Shown: piece by piece, positions 16,847-26,734 of the stretch
How the letters are laid out: every line of letters starts with the position of its first letter
Position numbering within the stretch: position 1 is the first letter of the stretch
NCBI GenBank assembly: GCA_031367715.1
Contig: JANLQJ010000405.1
Coordinates: 19,669-83,668, forward strand
DNA length: 64,000 nucleotides
Direction: 5' to 3'
From: Hyphomicrobiaceae bacterium
GTDB taxonomy: Bacteria; Pseudomonadota; Alphaproteobacteria; Rhizobiales; Hyphomicrobiaceae
The notes under the pieces: model-generated
Told to the model about the DNA's origin: nothing
What the model saw: only the letters and a program-made list of their open reading frames with translations
Database searches by the model: none
Program-made: the position numbers and the translations under genes

Positions 16847-18286
16847 TCAGAGGGACCGGATCTTCGGCTCGCCAGATTTCGTCAGCATAAGATCGGTCAG
16901 GGCCCAGACCAGCGCATCCAGGCGATCAGGGCTGCGGCCGCCCGACAGGCCCGCCGGGCCGAAATCACACATCTGATCTTCCAGCGCTGCAAACGTTCCC
17001 ACATGGCTCACCATTCCTCGTTCGTACAATGCCGCCACCGGCTCGGCGCGGATCCATTTGCCGCGCGTCGCACGGACTTTCCGTATCGGGACATCCTGAT
17101 CGATCTGGCGGATCACGCCTTCCACCAGATCACCGCCCTGGTTCACCTCGGCGACGATGCGGTCGGCTTCGAACTCGGCCAGCGCCGACACCGCCGCCTT
17201 GGCCCACACCAGCGGCGCGTGGCCCGCGATGGTGCGGTCGGCCAGCACATAGCCACGCCCGCCGGCATCCACACCGGCCACCACGATGCCACAGGCGTCG
17301 GCCTTGGCACCGCTGGTCACTGGCGGATCGACCGCGACCACGATGCGTTTCAGGGCCGGCAACTCGGCGATCCGCACCCGCTCGATATCGGTCCGGCGCC
17401 ACAGCGCGTCGGCGCGATCCTCGACGATTTCGCCGTCCAGCTCCTGGCGGCCGAGCGTGCTCGCCCCGTAGCGGGCGCGCATCTGCTCGATGAAGCCGGG
17501 CGCAAGGTTGGCGAAGTTATCGAGCGTGCGCGAGCGGCTGACCGCCGTTGCCGCATCCGCCAGCAACCGCTTCAACAGCGCGATCGGGCGCGGCGTGGTG
17601 GTCACCACCTGGCGCGGACGTTGCCCGAGCCGCAGCGCGAACTGCAGCATGTCCCAGGTTTTGTCCGCATAGCGCCATTTGGCCAGCTCGTCGCACCAGG
17701 CAGCGCCAAACTGCGGCCCGCGCAGCCCGTCCGGTTCCTCGGCCGAGAACAGCTGCGCGATAGCGCCGTTGGACCAGGTTAGTTGCCGTTTCGATGCTTC
17801 GTATACGGGGCGTTCGTGCGGCGCATGTACCGCGAGCAATCCCGACACGCCCTCGACCATGACCGCGCGCACCTCCGCCATGGTCTCGCCGATCAGCGCG
17901 ATGCGCGCAATCGCGGTATTGGCCAGCGGTTCGAGCCCGAGCGCCTGCGCCCTGACCCATTCGGCGCCGGCGCGGGTTTTTCCCGAGCCGCGTCCGCCGA
18001 GCACCAGCCAGGTGCGCCAGGTGTCGGTCGCGCCAGAGTCCTGGTCGCCGCCCGGCGGCTCTGCGGCAGGGAACTGCTCGCCGGCAGCCGGTTCGGCTGC
18101 AAGAGCGCGTGCAATCTCCCTGGGGAGCTGATCGAGTCTTGCCCAGCTGATCCAGTCATGCCACAGGCGGGCTACCCGCGCCGCAGGCAGGCCGCCAATG
18201 AACTCCTCACTGGTGCCGTCGCGCACCGAGGCTTGCAATCCGATCCGCAAGTTCCTGGCGCCAGTCAGCGACATTGTCGTCTCCAT
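16847..18286 (-). CDS. Terminase large subunit (GTA g2-like)
   Basis: Walker A in WLVLGGRGSGKTRAGAEWV. 479 aa, directly upstream of the portal gene. Start (18286 or 18274) overlaps the g1 3' end by about 70-80 nt. Confidence 0.85.
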   Translation of the reverse strand: METTMSLTGARNLRIGLQASVRDGTSEEFIGGLPAARVARLWHDWISWARLDQLPREIARALAAEPAAGEQFPAAEPPGGDQDSGATDTWRTWLVLGGRGSGKTRAGAEWVRAQALGLEPLANTAIARIALIGETMAEVRAVMVEGVSGLLAVHAPHERPVYEASKRQLTWSNGAIAQLFSAEEPDGLRGPQFGAAWCDELAKWRYADKTWDMLQFALRLGQRPRQVVTTTPRPIALLKRLLADAATAVSRSRTLDNFANLAPGFIEQMRARYGASTLGRQELDGEIVEDRADALWRRTDIERVRIAELPALKRIVVAVDPPVTSGAKADACGIVVAGVDAGGRGYVLADRTIAGHAPLVWAKAAVSALAEFEADRIVAEVNQGGDLVEGVIRQIDQDVPIRKVRATRGKWIRAEPVAALYERGMVSHVGTFAALEDQMCDFGPAGLSGGRSPDRLDALVWALTDLMLTKSGEPKIRSL

Positions 18287-18683
18287 ACGGTGAAGTGGTG
18301 GTGCCGGCCGGGGTGTCGGTAGACCCGGGCATCACCTTCTCGCGCCAGGCCGCTTCTTTGGCGTCGAGCTTGTCGAACGTGGTCAGCAGCGAAGCGAAGG
18401 CGCGCGTGCTGCGTTCGTCGTCGGTGGGTTTGGCTTCGGGATCTTCCATGCGGGTCTCTAGTTGCTTGAGCTTGGCGACGATGATCCGGCGCAACACCGC
18501 CCGCTCCGAGACGGCCCCTTCGAGCCGCAGCGAAGCGTGTGGGGGCCAGTTGAATTTCTGGGCGCGCAGATAGAGCGTGTTGCGGTTGATCTCGCATTGG
18601 CTGGCGATCTCGGCGATGCTGAACTCGCCTTCGAAATACAGGCGTTCGGCCTTCGCCCAGGTCGATGGGCGGATGGTGCGCAT
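18207..18683 (-). CDS. Small terminase-like / HTH protein (GTA g1-like)
   Basis: Start trimmed to ATG 18683 (GGGAG upstream). MRTIRPSTWAKAERLYFEGEFSIAEIASQCEINRNTLYLRAQKFNW is HTH-like. First gene of the cluster. Confidence 0.65.
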   Translation of the reverse strand: MRTIRPSTWAKAERLYFEGEFSIAEIASQCEINRNTLYLRAQKFNWPPHASLRLEGAVSERAVLRRIIVAKLKQLETRMEDPEAKPTDDERSTRAFASLLTTFDKLDAKEAAWREKVMPGSTDTPAGTTTSPYGDDNVADWRQELADRIASLGARRHQ

Positions 18684-18788
18684 GGGGGTAGGCTCCCGAA
18701 GGATTTGGGAAAGGGGATAGGGAACGGGGAACAGGTAATGACCCCGCGGCTTCTGGCTCACTTTGGTGATGGGACAAAAAGACACCAT

Positions 18789-18840
18789 GGCGTAGGGGCG
18801 CCCGGCGGGCGCCCTGGTGCGGCGCTGCCCGCCCCTACGT
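18789..18840. repeat. REP-like hairpin, family 2 (GGCGTAGGGGCG...CGCCCCTACG)
   Basis: CGTAGGGGCG pairs with CGCCCCTACG around an inner GCGCCC-GGC-GGGCGC stem. Related copies occur at 24026-24100 and 24229-24243. Confidence 0.75.
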
Positions 18841-19121
18841 CAGCGCAGCCGTGTCAAACCATAAAAATCCGTCCCGATTTCCCAATCGAAGTGTCGAATG
18901 CGCACGACGTACTGGTGCCTTCGCTCAGTTGCGGTGAAATCTTGAGCTCGTCGCCACAGAGGTTAGGTGCTGCCGTATTTGGCCGTTTCTTGCCATCACT
19001 TGCGCAACTGTCGGATTATAACTGAAATATACTTCGGAAGCGTCGCGCTGTCAACAAATACTTTGACGATGTTCGATTTTTATTTGAGAAATCGGGAGCA
19101 TTCAATGTCGATACGAGATTT

Positions 19122-19580
19122 TTACTTCACCCTGGCCACCGGTTTCACAATATATCGCCAGTAGTTCTTCTCGGCTACGCCCTTCTCGGATCTTGCATGG
19201 CCGCGCACGGAAATATCGGCGGCGTGCACGGTTTCGGGGCTGCCCGAGACCAGCGGATGCCACCAGGCGAGGTCCTTGCCCTCGGCCACCAGACGGTAGC
19301 CGCAGGTCGGCGGTAACCAGGTGAGCGTGCCGACGTTTTCCGGCGTCAGAACAACGCAGTCGGGCACGCTGGCATGGCGGTTTGGGTAGTCTTTGCACTG
19401 GCAGCTGCCACAATCGAGCAGCTTGCAGGCCAACCGAGTCTGATGCAGTTCCTCGGTGTCCTCGTCGATCAGCTTGATGGTACAGCAGCGACCGCAGCCG
19501 TCGCACAGGCTCTCCCACTCCTGTGCGCTCATTTGGCTCAAGGATTTGCGTCTCCAAAATTCGTCGTTTTCATTGTACAT
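19122..19580 (-). CDS. ycgN: YcgN/UPF0260 cysteine-cluster protein
   Basis: [33 protein letters not shown]...[12 protein letters not shown]. Start trimmed to ATG 19580. Confidence 0.8.
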   Translation of the reverse strand: MYNENDEFWRRKSLSQMSAQEWESLCDGCGRCCTIKLIDEDTEELHQTRLACKLLDCGSCQCKDYPNRHASVPDCVVLTPENVGTLTWLPPTCGYRLVAEGKDLAWWHPLVSGSPETVHAADISVRGHARSEKGVAEKNYWRYIVKPVARVK

Positions 19581-19669
19581 GAATCGGTTCCGGAATCCGC
19601 AACGGCGGGGCATACTGGCAGCCGTAAGGCCTGAGCGGAAGTGCCAATCGGGAGCACATCGGCTGCGCC

Positions 19670-21925
19670 TTGGGAGGCTGGCGGATTGGACGCCAAATCG
19701 GGGAACGCATGGACGACGGGATTTTCAGGCAGGGCGGCAGGAAGCGCAAAGTCGATTGGCTGGCCATCGACAGCTGGATCGATTCGTCGCTGTTCGGCTC
19801 GTGGGAATCGATCAAGGACCGCTGGGCCGACATTACTGCCTTCAATCAGCGTTTCAACCTGTCGGGCGTGACGCGCGCCGGCAACGAGCTGTTGTCCGAG
19901 GGCCTGTCGCTGGCCACCATCGGCCTTGCCCTGCTGCTGGGTCTGGCCCAGCCGGCCTTCGATATCATCGCCAAGGGCGACCCGCTCGGCTACAGCCAAT
20001 TTGCCTTCACCTTCGTCGACGAGGACGGCAACGAGATCGGCAAGCGCGGCATCCTGCGCTCGGACGCCGTGCCGCTGGAGGAGATGCCCGATCATTTCAT
20101 CAAGGCGTTGCTGTCGACTGAGGACCGGCGCTTCTTTGAGCATTATGGCATCGACGTCTACGGTACCGGACGCGCCATGTACGAGGACATGCGCCAGGCC
20201 GATTCGCGTCAGGGCGGCTCGTCGCTGACCCAGCAGTTGGCCAAGAATGTGTTCTTGACCACCGAGCGCTCGCTGCAACGCAAGATCAAGGAGGCGTTCC
20301 TGGCCTTCTGGCTGGAGACGCATTATTCCAAGCACGACATCCTGAAGCTGTATCTGGAGCGCGCCTACATGGGCGGCGGCGCCTTCGGGGCCGAGGCGGC
20401 GGCGCAGTTCTATTTCGGCAAATCGATCCGCACTGTCACGCTGGCCGAGGGCGCCATGCTGGCCGGCCTGTTTAAGGCGCCGACCAAATATGCGCCGCAC
20501 GCCAATCTTGCGGCCGCACGCAAGCGGGCCGACGACGTGCTCTCCAACCTGGTCGAGTCCGGCTACATGACGGAAAGTCAGGTGCATGAGGCGCGGCTGC
20601 ATCCAGCCACGCCAGTGATCAGCCAACGGCCAGAAAGTCCCGACTGGTTCCTCGACTGGGCGTTCGAAGAAGGCCAGCGCGTCATGCAGGGGCGCAAGGA
20701 CAGTGTGCTGACGGCCAGGGTGACGGTGGATCTGAACGCGCAGAAGCTGGCCGATGAAACGGTGCAAAACGCCATTCGTGACAACGGCCGGGCCTGGGGC
20801 GCCAAGCAATCGGCGCTGGTCACGCTGGAAGGCGATGGCGCCGTCCGGGCGCTCGTCGGCGGGGTTGACTTCGGCGAGAACAGCTTCAACCGGGCCACCC
20901 AGGCCAAGCGTCAGCCCGGTTCGTCGTTCAAGCCCTATGTTTATCTGACGGCCGTCGAGCAGCTGGGCTACACGCCCGAGACCCGGGTTTCCGACGGCGG
21001 CTATGTCTGCCACAACGGGCATGTCGTGCACAATGATTCGGGAAGCTTCGGGATGCCCAATCTGGGTATCGGCATGGCCAAATCGATCAACACGGTCGCG
21101 GTGCGCATTTCCGACGCCGTCACCCGCCGCAAGGTCAATGCGACGTTGTCGCTGCTGCATGTCACGCCGCAGATCGAAAGCTGCACCATGGCGCTCGGTG
21201 ACGGCGGCGTGACGCTGCTCGAGCACGCCGGCGGCTACGCCACCTTCATCAATGGCGGCAAGGCCGTCCACCCCTACGCCATCATCGATATTCGCAATTC
21301 GCGTGGCGACATCATCTATTCGCATGAGAAAGACGGCCGCCAGCCCGAACAGGTGTTCAATCCGCGCTCGATCGCCTACATGAACCAGATCCTGCGCCGC
21401 GTGTTGACCGAGGGCACCGCGGTGGGTTCGGATCTCGACTTCACGACCGCGATCGGCAAGACCGGCACGACCTCGTCGCATCGTGACGCCTGGTTCGTGG
21501 GCGGCACCGGTAAGTACGTGACCGGAATATGGATCGGCAACGACGATAACAGGGTCATGCACGGCATTTTCGGCGGCCATAGCGCGGCACCGATGTGGAA
21601 GAGCTACATGACGCAAATCCACACCACCCCCGACATCCCGCCGCTCTTGGGCCTGTTGATCAATCCCAACCAGGTGATCGCCATGCAGCAGCTAGCGGCG
21701 ACGCAAGCTACTGACCCGACTCTTGGGCACAAGAAGGATGCCAAAGACAACGGTCTGCCCGAACCTCTGAAGGCCAAGCTGAAACAGTTGGAGGGTACAC
21801 TGCGCCAAGCTAGTGCGCAGGCGGCGGGTAGTGCTCCGCCCACGGATCGGAAGGCCGAACTGGACAATGCTTCGCCTGGTGCGCTGGCGCAGGCCGGCAA
21901 CGGCTCACCGCAAGCGACGCCGTGA
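19670..21925 (+). CDS. PBP1A-family bifunctional penicillin-binding protein
   Basis: Glycosyltransferase motifs [14 protein letters not shown] and [12 protein letters not shown]. Transpeptidase motifs GSSFKP and KTGTT. An alternative start lies near 19709. Confidence 0.9.
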   Translation: MGGWRIGRQIGERMDDGIFRQGGRKRKVDWLAIDSWIDSSLFGSWESIKDRWADITAFNQRFNLSGVTRAGNELLSEGLSLATIGLALLLGLAQPAFDIIAKGDPLGYSQFAFTFVDEDGNEIGKRGILRSDAVPLEEMPDHFIKALLSTEDRRFFEHYGIDVYGTGRAMYEDMRQADSRQGGSSLTQQLAKNVFLTTERSLQRKIKEAFLAFWLETHYSKHDILKLYLERAYMGGGAFGAEAAAQFYFGKSIRTVTLAEGAMLAGLFKAPTKYAPHANLAAARKRADDVLSNLVESGYMTESQVHEARLHPATPVISQRPESPDWFLDWAFEEGQRVMQGRKDSVLTARVTVDLNAQKLADETVQNAIRDNGRAWGAKQSALVTLEGDGAVRALVGGVDFGENSFNRATQAKRQPGSSFKPYVYLTAVEQLGYTPETRVSDGGYVCHNGHVVHNDSGSFGMPNLGIGMAKSINTVAVRISDAVTRRKVNATLSLLHVTPQIESCTMALGDGGVTLLEHAGGYATFINGGKAVHPYAIIDIRNSRGDIIYSHEKDGRQPEQVFNPRSIAYMNQILRRVLTEGTAVGSDLDFTTAIGKTGTTSSHRDAWFVGGTGKYVTGIWIGNDDNRVMHGIFGGHSAAPMWKSYMTQIHTTPDIPPLLGLLINPNQVIAMQQLAATQATDPTLGHKKDAKDNGLPEPLKAKLKQLEGTLRQASAQAAGSAPPTDRKAELDNASPGALAQAGNGSPQATP

Positions 21926-21926
21926 T

Positions 21927-22697
21927 ATGAGCAAACCATCGAAGTTGCGCGATCTGCGGGCTACGCTGGCGCTGCCAGCGGCCGAACCACAGCGCCGGAC
22001 AGCAGCCCCGCGCGCAGCACCGCAGCCACCTCGCAACCGGTCGATCCGCCTGACGGGGGTGATTGATGGGTTGGCGGTGCGGGCTGGGCGGCGGTTTGTG
22101 GTTCGAATCGCAGGCAATCTCATCGAACTTGCCGTCTATGGCACAGTTGCTGTCGCCATCGGCCTGGCATCGGCCTGGTATATGATGGACTACGGCTCGC
22201 ACCTCACGGTCGAGCGTGATGGCCCCTGGCAGCGCTGGACCATCGCCGGCGCCGTCGGGGCCGATCCCTACACCAAGGCCCATTTCGCCCGCGCCGGCTG
22301 GCTGCCGCTGAGCACTGCCGCAGCGCACTATTTCATCGCCAACAAGGACAGCACGGGCGAAGCGCTCTATGCCGATTGTGACTACACGCTGAGCGGGTTG
22401 GCGCCAGCTGGCCGGCGCTGGACGCTGGCCGCCTTCGATCTGCAGGGCCGCGGCCTTGATCCGGGAGCCGGCAAAGCGGTGATTGCATCGACAACCGCGC
22501 TGTTCGGCCCTGAGTCATCGCTGAGCGTTCGCCTGGCGCAGTCGACCGCGCCCGGCAACTGGCTGGGGCTGACCGGCGCTGCCCGTATGCAACTGCTGCT
22601 GACCGTTTACGGCCGCACCGACAAGGCCGTGACGGCGGGTGGGACGGCAGCCGCCAAGCGCCCGCTGCCGAGCCTGATCCGCGTCGGGTGCCGATGA
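21927..22697 (+). CDS. DUF1214-like membrane-anchored protein
   Basis: Start trimmed to ATG 21927, 1 nt after the PBP stop. Family assignment is from recall of the DUF1214/DUF1254 gene pair in Hyphomicrobiales. Confidence 0.45.
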   Translation: MSKPSKLRDLRATLALPAAEPQRRTAAPRAAPQPPRNRSIRLTGVIDGLAVRAGRRFVVRIAGNLIELAVYGTVAVAIGLASAWYMMDYGSHLTVERDGPWQRWTIAGAVGADPYTKAHFARAGWLPLSTAAAHYFIANKDSTGEALYADCDYTLSGLAPAGRRWTLAAFDLQGRGLDPGAGKAVIASTTALFGPESSLSVRLAQSTAPGNWLGLTGAARMQLLLTVYGRTDKAVTAGGTAAAKRPLPSLIRVGCR

Positions 22698-23293
22698 TGC
22701 GCCTGCCCCGCGTCCTCAGTCGCTTGCGGGTGCGCTGGCTGTGGCTGGCCGCCGCGCTGCTGGCCGGGCTGCTCCTGCATTTTGCCGCGGTATTCACCGT
22801 CACCTACGCACTGCCGCGACCGGACATGGCGGTGCTTGCAACGCTCAGCCCCCTGAACACCCTGACGGTGCTGCCGCCGATCACGCCCGAACATCAGCCG
22901 CTGCCCTTCATGATGGCCGATACGCGCTATGCCATCTGCCGCTACGACATCCGCAAGGGCCCGGTTGTGCTGCATGCCAGCTTCGGCGATGACGACTGGA
23001 CCATTGCGCTCTACTCGCCGTCGGGCGACAACGTGTACGTCGTGTCTGGCGCGGACCTCGACCGGCGCGAGATCGAACTGTTGCTGACCGCGACACAGGA
23101 TGGCCTTGCCTCGCCGCTGTCGACGGCCAAGGATGCCGCCGCGACCAGCGTAACAGTCGGCCTCGCCAACCGCACGGGCGTGGCCATCATCAGTGCACCG
23201 ATGGCCGGCCCCGCCTTTGGCAGCGCCATCGAGCGGCTGTTGCTGCAAGCCTCCTGCCAGCAGCGCGGCAAACCGGGCACGGCGGAAAATTAG
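22688..23293 (+). CDS. DUF1254-like membrane protein
   Basis: N-terminal TM helix WLWLAAALLAGLLLHFAAVF. Overlaps the upstream gene by 10 nt. Family assignment is by recall only. Confidence 0.4.
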   Translation: MPMMRLPRVLSRLRVRWLWLAAALLAGLLLHFAAVFTVTYALPRPDMAVLATLSPLNTLTVLPPITPEHQPLPFMMADTRYAICRYDIRKGPVVLHASFGDDDWTIALYSPSGDNVYVVSGADLDRREIELLLTATQDGLASPLSTAKDAAATSVTVGLANRTGVAIISAPMAGPAFGSAIERLLLQASCQQRGKPGTAEN

Positions 23294-23337
23294 GACGCCA
23301 GCATATTCATTCAACGACCGATGCGGGACTTCAAATC

Positions 23338-23958
23338 ATGAGCGTGAACCTTGCTTCAACCGCCGACAGCGCGCTGCTCGTCATCGACGTGCAGAACGAT
23401 TTCTGCCCCGGCGGCGCGCTGGCGGTGACCGGCGGCGACCAGATCGTGCCCAAGGTGAACGCGCTGATCGGCGAATTCGCGCATGTGGTGCTGACGCAGG
23501 ACTGGCATCCGGCGACGCATTCGAGCTTTGCCTCGAGCCATCCGGGCGCGGCACCATTCTCGTCGCTTGAGATGCCGTATGGACCGCAAACGTTGTGGCC
23601 GGATCATTGTGTGCAGGGCACCTATGGCGCGGACTTTCTGGCTGGCATGACGTGGAACAAGGCACAGCTGGTTATTCGAAAAGGGTTTCGACCGGACATC
23701 GACAGCTACTCGGCGTTCTTCGAGAATGACCGGCGTACCCCGACCGGGCTCGCGGGCTACTTGCGCGAGCGCGGATTGACGCGGCTGGTGCTGGTCGGTC
23801 TGGCTACGGATTATTGCGTGGCCTATTCGGCATTGGATGCAGCAAGGCTCGGCTTTGCGGCCACGGTGCGGCTGGACGCCTGCCGCGCCATCGATCTCGC
23901 CGGTTCACTGAGAACGATGCAAGCGCAGATGCGCGAGGCCGGCGTCACGCTGGCGTAA
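23338..23958 (+). CDS. pncA: Nicotinamidase/pyrazinamidase (isochorismatase family)
   Basis: ALLVIDVQNDFCPGGALAV, QDWHP..H, and LVLVGLATDYCV with the catalytic Cys. Confidence 0.85.
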   Translation: MSVNLASTADSALLVIDVQNDFCPGGALAVTGGDQIVPKVNALIGEFAHVVLTQDWHPATHSSFASSHPGAAPFSSLEMPYGPQTLWPDHCVQGTYGADFLAGMTWNKAQLVIRKGFRPDIDSYSAFFENDRRTPTGLAGYLRERGLTRLVLVGLATDYCVAYSALDAARLGFAATVRLDACRAIDLAGSLRTMQAQMREAGVTLA

Positions 23959-23964
23959 TACCAT

Positions 23965-24185
23965 CCAACTTATGGTTTGACCTGTCACTTTGAAGGTTCG
24001 TGACAGAGGTCATAGCGCCGGTCATGGCGTAGGGGCGGGCTGCGCCCGCCCTGTCAATCCGCGCCGTGCCGCGCTAGGGCGGGCGCAGCCCGCCCTTAGA
24101 TCAGTTCGTCCCATCATCAGGTCCTCAAGAAGGCCCGACCGCCACCCCGTAGCCGATTATGACAACAGGTCAGAACATAAGTTGG
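23965..24185. mobile_element. MITE-like non-coding element with ~21-bp terminal inverted repeats
   Basis: CCAACTTATGGTTTGACCTGT (23965-23985) matches the reverse complement of ACAGGTCAGAACATAAGTTGG (24165-24185) at 19 of 21 positions. The interior holds two inverted GGGCGGGC-NNN-GCCCGCCC hairpins of REP family 2. No credible ORF. Confidence 0.6.
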
Positions 24186-24315
24186 CCGGTATCGGACCTT
24201 GCCGTGTCGCAGCAGGGCGACTTGCCAGCCGCCCTACGCCACGGTGTCTGGTCGTCACATCACCAAATTGAGCCGGAAGGCTTGACCGCGACCTGACCCG
24301 CTCCTTGGGAACACG

Positions 24316-25041
24316 TCAAAGGATCGCTTGGTCGGTATTGACGCCACCGACGCCGACATAGCGCAGCAGCGGCGAGCGATCGGCGCGCAGCTCGGCGGGG
24401 GTCAGCGTCTCGCGTGACACACCGTTCTCGATGAAGGAGACGCGGGTTGCGATGGCGAGCACCGCTTCCACGCGCTGCTCCACCAGCAGGATGCCGACGC
24501 CGACATCGCGCAGTGTGCGCACGGTGTCGAAGATGTGCGTGATCATGCTCGGCATCAGGCCCTCGGTCGGCTCGTCGAGCAGCAGGATGCTCGGCTCCAG
24601 GCACAGCGCGCGGGCGATTGCCAGCATCTGCTGCTCGCCACCGCTGAGGGTTTCCGCGCGCTGCTGCAGGCGATCACGTAAGATCGGGAACAGCTGCAGC
24701 ACTTTTTCACGCGTCGAGGGCCCTTTGTCGCGCGCCATCAGGCCAATCTCGAGATTCTCGGCAACCGTCAACTCGGAGAACAGGTGGCGCCCCTGCGGGA
24801 CGTAGCCGATGCCGTGGCGTGGCACCTCGTGGGCTGGCAGTTGCGAGAGCACGACGCCATCGAGGCTAATGCGGCCGCGGCGTGGACGGACCAACCCCAT
24901 GATGGCGCGCAGCGTGGTGGTCTTGCCAGCGCCGTTGCGGCCGAGCAGACACAGCACCTCGCCGGGCCGCACGCGGAGCGAGACGCCGCGCAGAACCTGC
25001 ACTTCGGCATAGGCGCCATCAATGTCCTCGACCTCAAGCAT
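24316..25041 (-). CDS. ABC transporter ATP-binding protein (LivF-like)
   Basis: GRNGAGKTTT Walker A, LSGGEQQMLAIARAL signature, LLLDEP Walker B. Confidence 0.85.
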   Translation of the reverse strand: MLEVEDIDGAYAEVQVLRGVSLRVRPGEVLCLLGRNGAGKTTTLRAIMGLVRPRRGRISLDGVVLSQLPAHEVPRHGIGYVPQGRHLFSELTVAENLEIGLMARDKGPSTREKVLQLFPILRDRLQQRAETLSGGEQQMLAIARALCLEPSILLLDEPTEGLMPSMITHIFDTVRTLRDVGVGILLVEQRVEAVLAIATRVSFIENGVSRETLTPAELRADRSPLLRYVGVGGVNTDQAIL

Positions 25042-25775
25042 CAGGCCCCCAGGTAAGCATGCTGTACGGATTTATCCTGCCGGATCTCGCCGGGCGTGCC
25101 CTCGGCAAGGATGCGGCCACCATTCATGACGGTGATGCGATCGGCCAGCTGCATCACCACGCTCATATTGTGCTCGATCAACAACACTGTCGAGGTGGCG
25201 CGGATGCTGTGCATGAGCATGCAGAAGGCCGCGATCTCGGCTTCGGCCAGGCCCTGCGTCGGCTCATCGAGCACCAGCAGGCGCGGCGCGAGGGCGAGAC
25301 CCATGGCAAGCTCCAGCAGGCGCTGATGACCATAGGCGAGGGTGCCGGCGACAAGATCGGCCTGCGCGCCGAGGCCGACCTGTTGCAGCGCCTGACGCGA
25401 CGCCTGCTCAAGTGCTACGCGGTCCACGGACGACCACACTGGCCGGCCAAGCGTCAAGCGGCGCTGCGCGGCCAGCGCGACATTGCCCAGGCAGGTCAGG
25501 TTGCGAAAAATGCTGGTGATCTGGAAGGTGTAGACGATGCCGCGCGCCACGCGCTCATGCGCCTTGAGAGGTGTGATGTCGGCGCCGGCAAACGTGATCG
25601 TGCCGGCCGTCGGATCGATCCGCCCACTGATGAGACCGACCAGCGTGGTCTTGCCGGCGCCGTTGGGTCCGATCAGCGCGCGCACTTCACCCGCTGCCAC
25701 GGCGAGATCCACGCCCGCCACCGCTTCCAGGCCGCCGAAACTGCGGCGCAGGCCCTTGGTCTCGAGCAGCATCAT
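25041..25775 (-). CDS. ABC transporter ATP-binding protein (LivG-like)
   Basis: Start trimmed to ATG 25775, giving an ATGA overlap with the permease stop. GPNGAGKTT, LAYGHQRLLELAMGL, LVLDEP. Confidence 0.85.
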   Translation of the reverse strand: MMLLETKGLRRSFGGLEAVAGVDLAVAAGEVRALIGPNGAGKTTLVGLISGRIDPTAGTITFAGADITPLKAHERVARGIVYTFQITSIFRNLTCLGNVALAAQRRLTLGRPVWSSVDRVALEQASRQALQQVGLGAQADLVAGTLAYGHQRLLELAMGLALAPRLLVLDEPTQGLAEAEIAAFCMLMHSIRATSTVLLIEHNMSVVMQLADRITVMNGGRILAEGTPGEIRQDKSVQHAYLGA

Positions 25776-26734
25776 GGCAACCACCCGAAATATTTTTCGC
25801 GCAACGTGCCCAGAATGCCTTTGGGAAACCACAGCACCAGCAGCACCAGCGCGATGCCGACCTCCAGATTGTAGGCCGGCGTGTAGCCGCTGGCGACCTC
25901 GACCAGATAGAACATCAGTAGCGTGCCGATCAGTGGGCCGAGCGTCGTTCCGATACCGCCGAGCAATCCCCACAGGATCGGATAGATCGAATACTGCGTG
26001 TCGGCGAAGGTGGCGCCGACATAGCCGAACAGCAGCGCATAGAAGCCGCCGGCTGTTCCCGACATCAGGCCTGAGACAGCCATGGCGAACAGTTTGTAGC
26101 GGAAAGTGTCATAGCCGAGCATCCCGGCGCGCGGCTCGTTCTCGCGGATGGCGATCAGCACACGGCCGGCGGGTGAGCGCACCAGCGCGAGGCAGCCGAA
26201 CAGCGCGCAGGCAAACAGACCGAGGGCGAGATTGTATCGCACCAGCGGGTTCGACAGCGCGAGGGTCGTGCCGCCGATGACGATCTGGCGCGCGCTCTCG
26301 GGCACCACGAAGCCTTGGTCACCCTTGGTAACATCGTTGAAGTAAAGCAGTGCCAGGAACCCGGCCTGCGCGAACATCATGGTGACGATCATGAAGGCGA
26401 CACCCGCCGTGCGCAATGCCAGCAGGCCGACCGCGATGGCCAGGAGAGTGCCGGCGAGCGCACCCGACAACAGAGTTATTGGGACGCTGGCGGATAAATA
26501 TTGCGCGGTCAACCCCGTGCCATAGAGACCCGCAGCAAAGAACAGCGCGTGGCCGAGACTGAGCAGGCCGGTATAACCCATCAGCACATTGAAGCCGATG
26601 GCATAGCTCGCCAACACCAGAATGCGGGCCAGCGCATTGTGGTGGTAGGCGGGCAGCACAAATTGCAGCGCGAACAACAGCAACAGCACGCCGAGGTGGA
26701 GTTTGATGGCGCGATCTTGCAACAACCCAGTCAC
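25772..26734 (-). CDS. Branched-chain amino acid ABC permease (LivM-like)
   Basis: Polytopic hydrophobic 320-aa ORF in operon context between the LivH-like and LivG-like genes. Confidence 0.8.
   Translation of the reverse strand: MTGLLQDRAIKLHLGVLLLLFALQFVLPAYHHNALARILVLASYAIGFNVLMGYTGLLSLGHALFFAAGLYGTGLTAQYLSASVPITLLSGALAGTLLAIAVGLLALRTAGVAFMIVTMMFAQAGFLALLYFNDVTKGDQGFVVPESARQIVIGGTTLALSNPLVRYNLALGLFACALFGCLALVRSPAGRVLIAIRENEPRAGMLGYDTFRYKLFAMAVSGLMSGTAGGFYALLFGYVGATFADTQYSIYPILWGLLGGIGTTLGPLIGTLLMFYLVEVASGYTPAYNLEVGIALVLLVLWFPKGILGTLREKYFGWLP

Noticed and set aside
18684-19121. CtrA box (TTAA-N7-TTAA) upstream of the GTA cluster
   Set aside because: No TTAA-N7-TTAA match was found by eye on either strand. 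Regulation by another factor remains possible.
19538-21622. 694-aa minus-strand ORF
   Set aside because: It is antisense to the PBP1A gene, which carries unambiguous glycosyltransferase and transpeptidase motifs.
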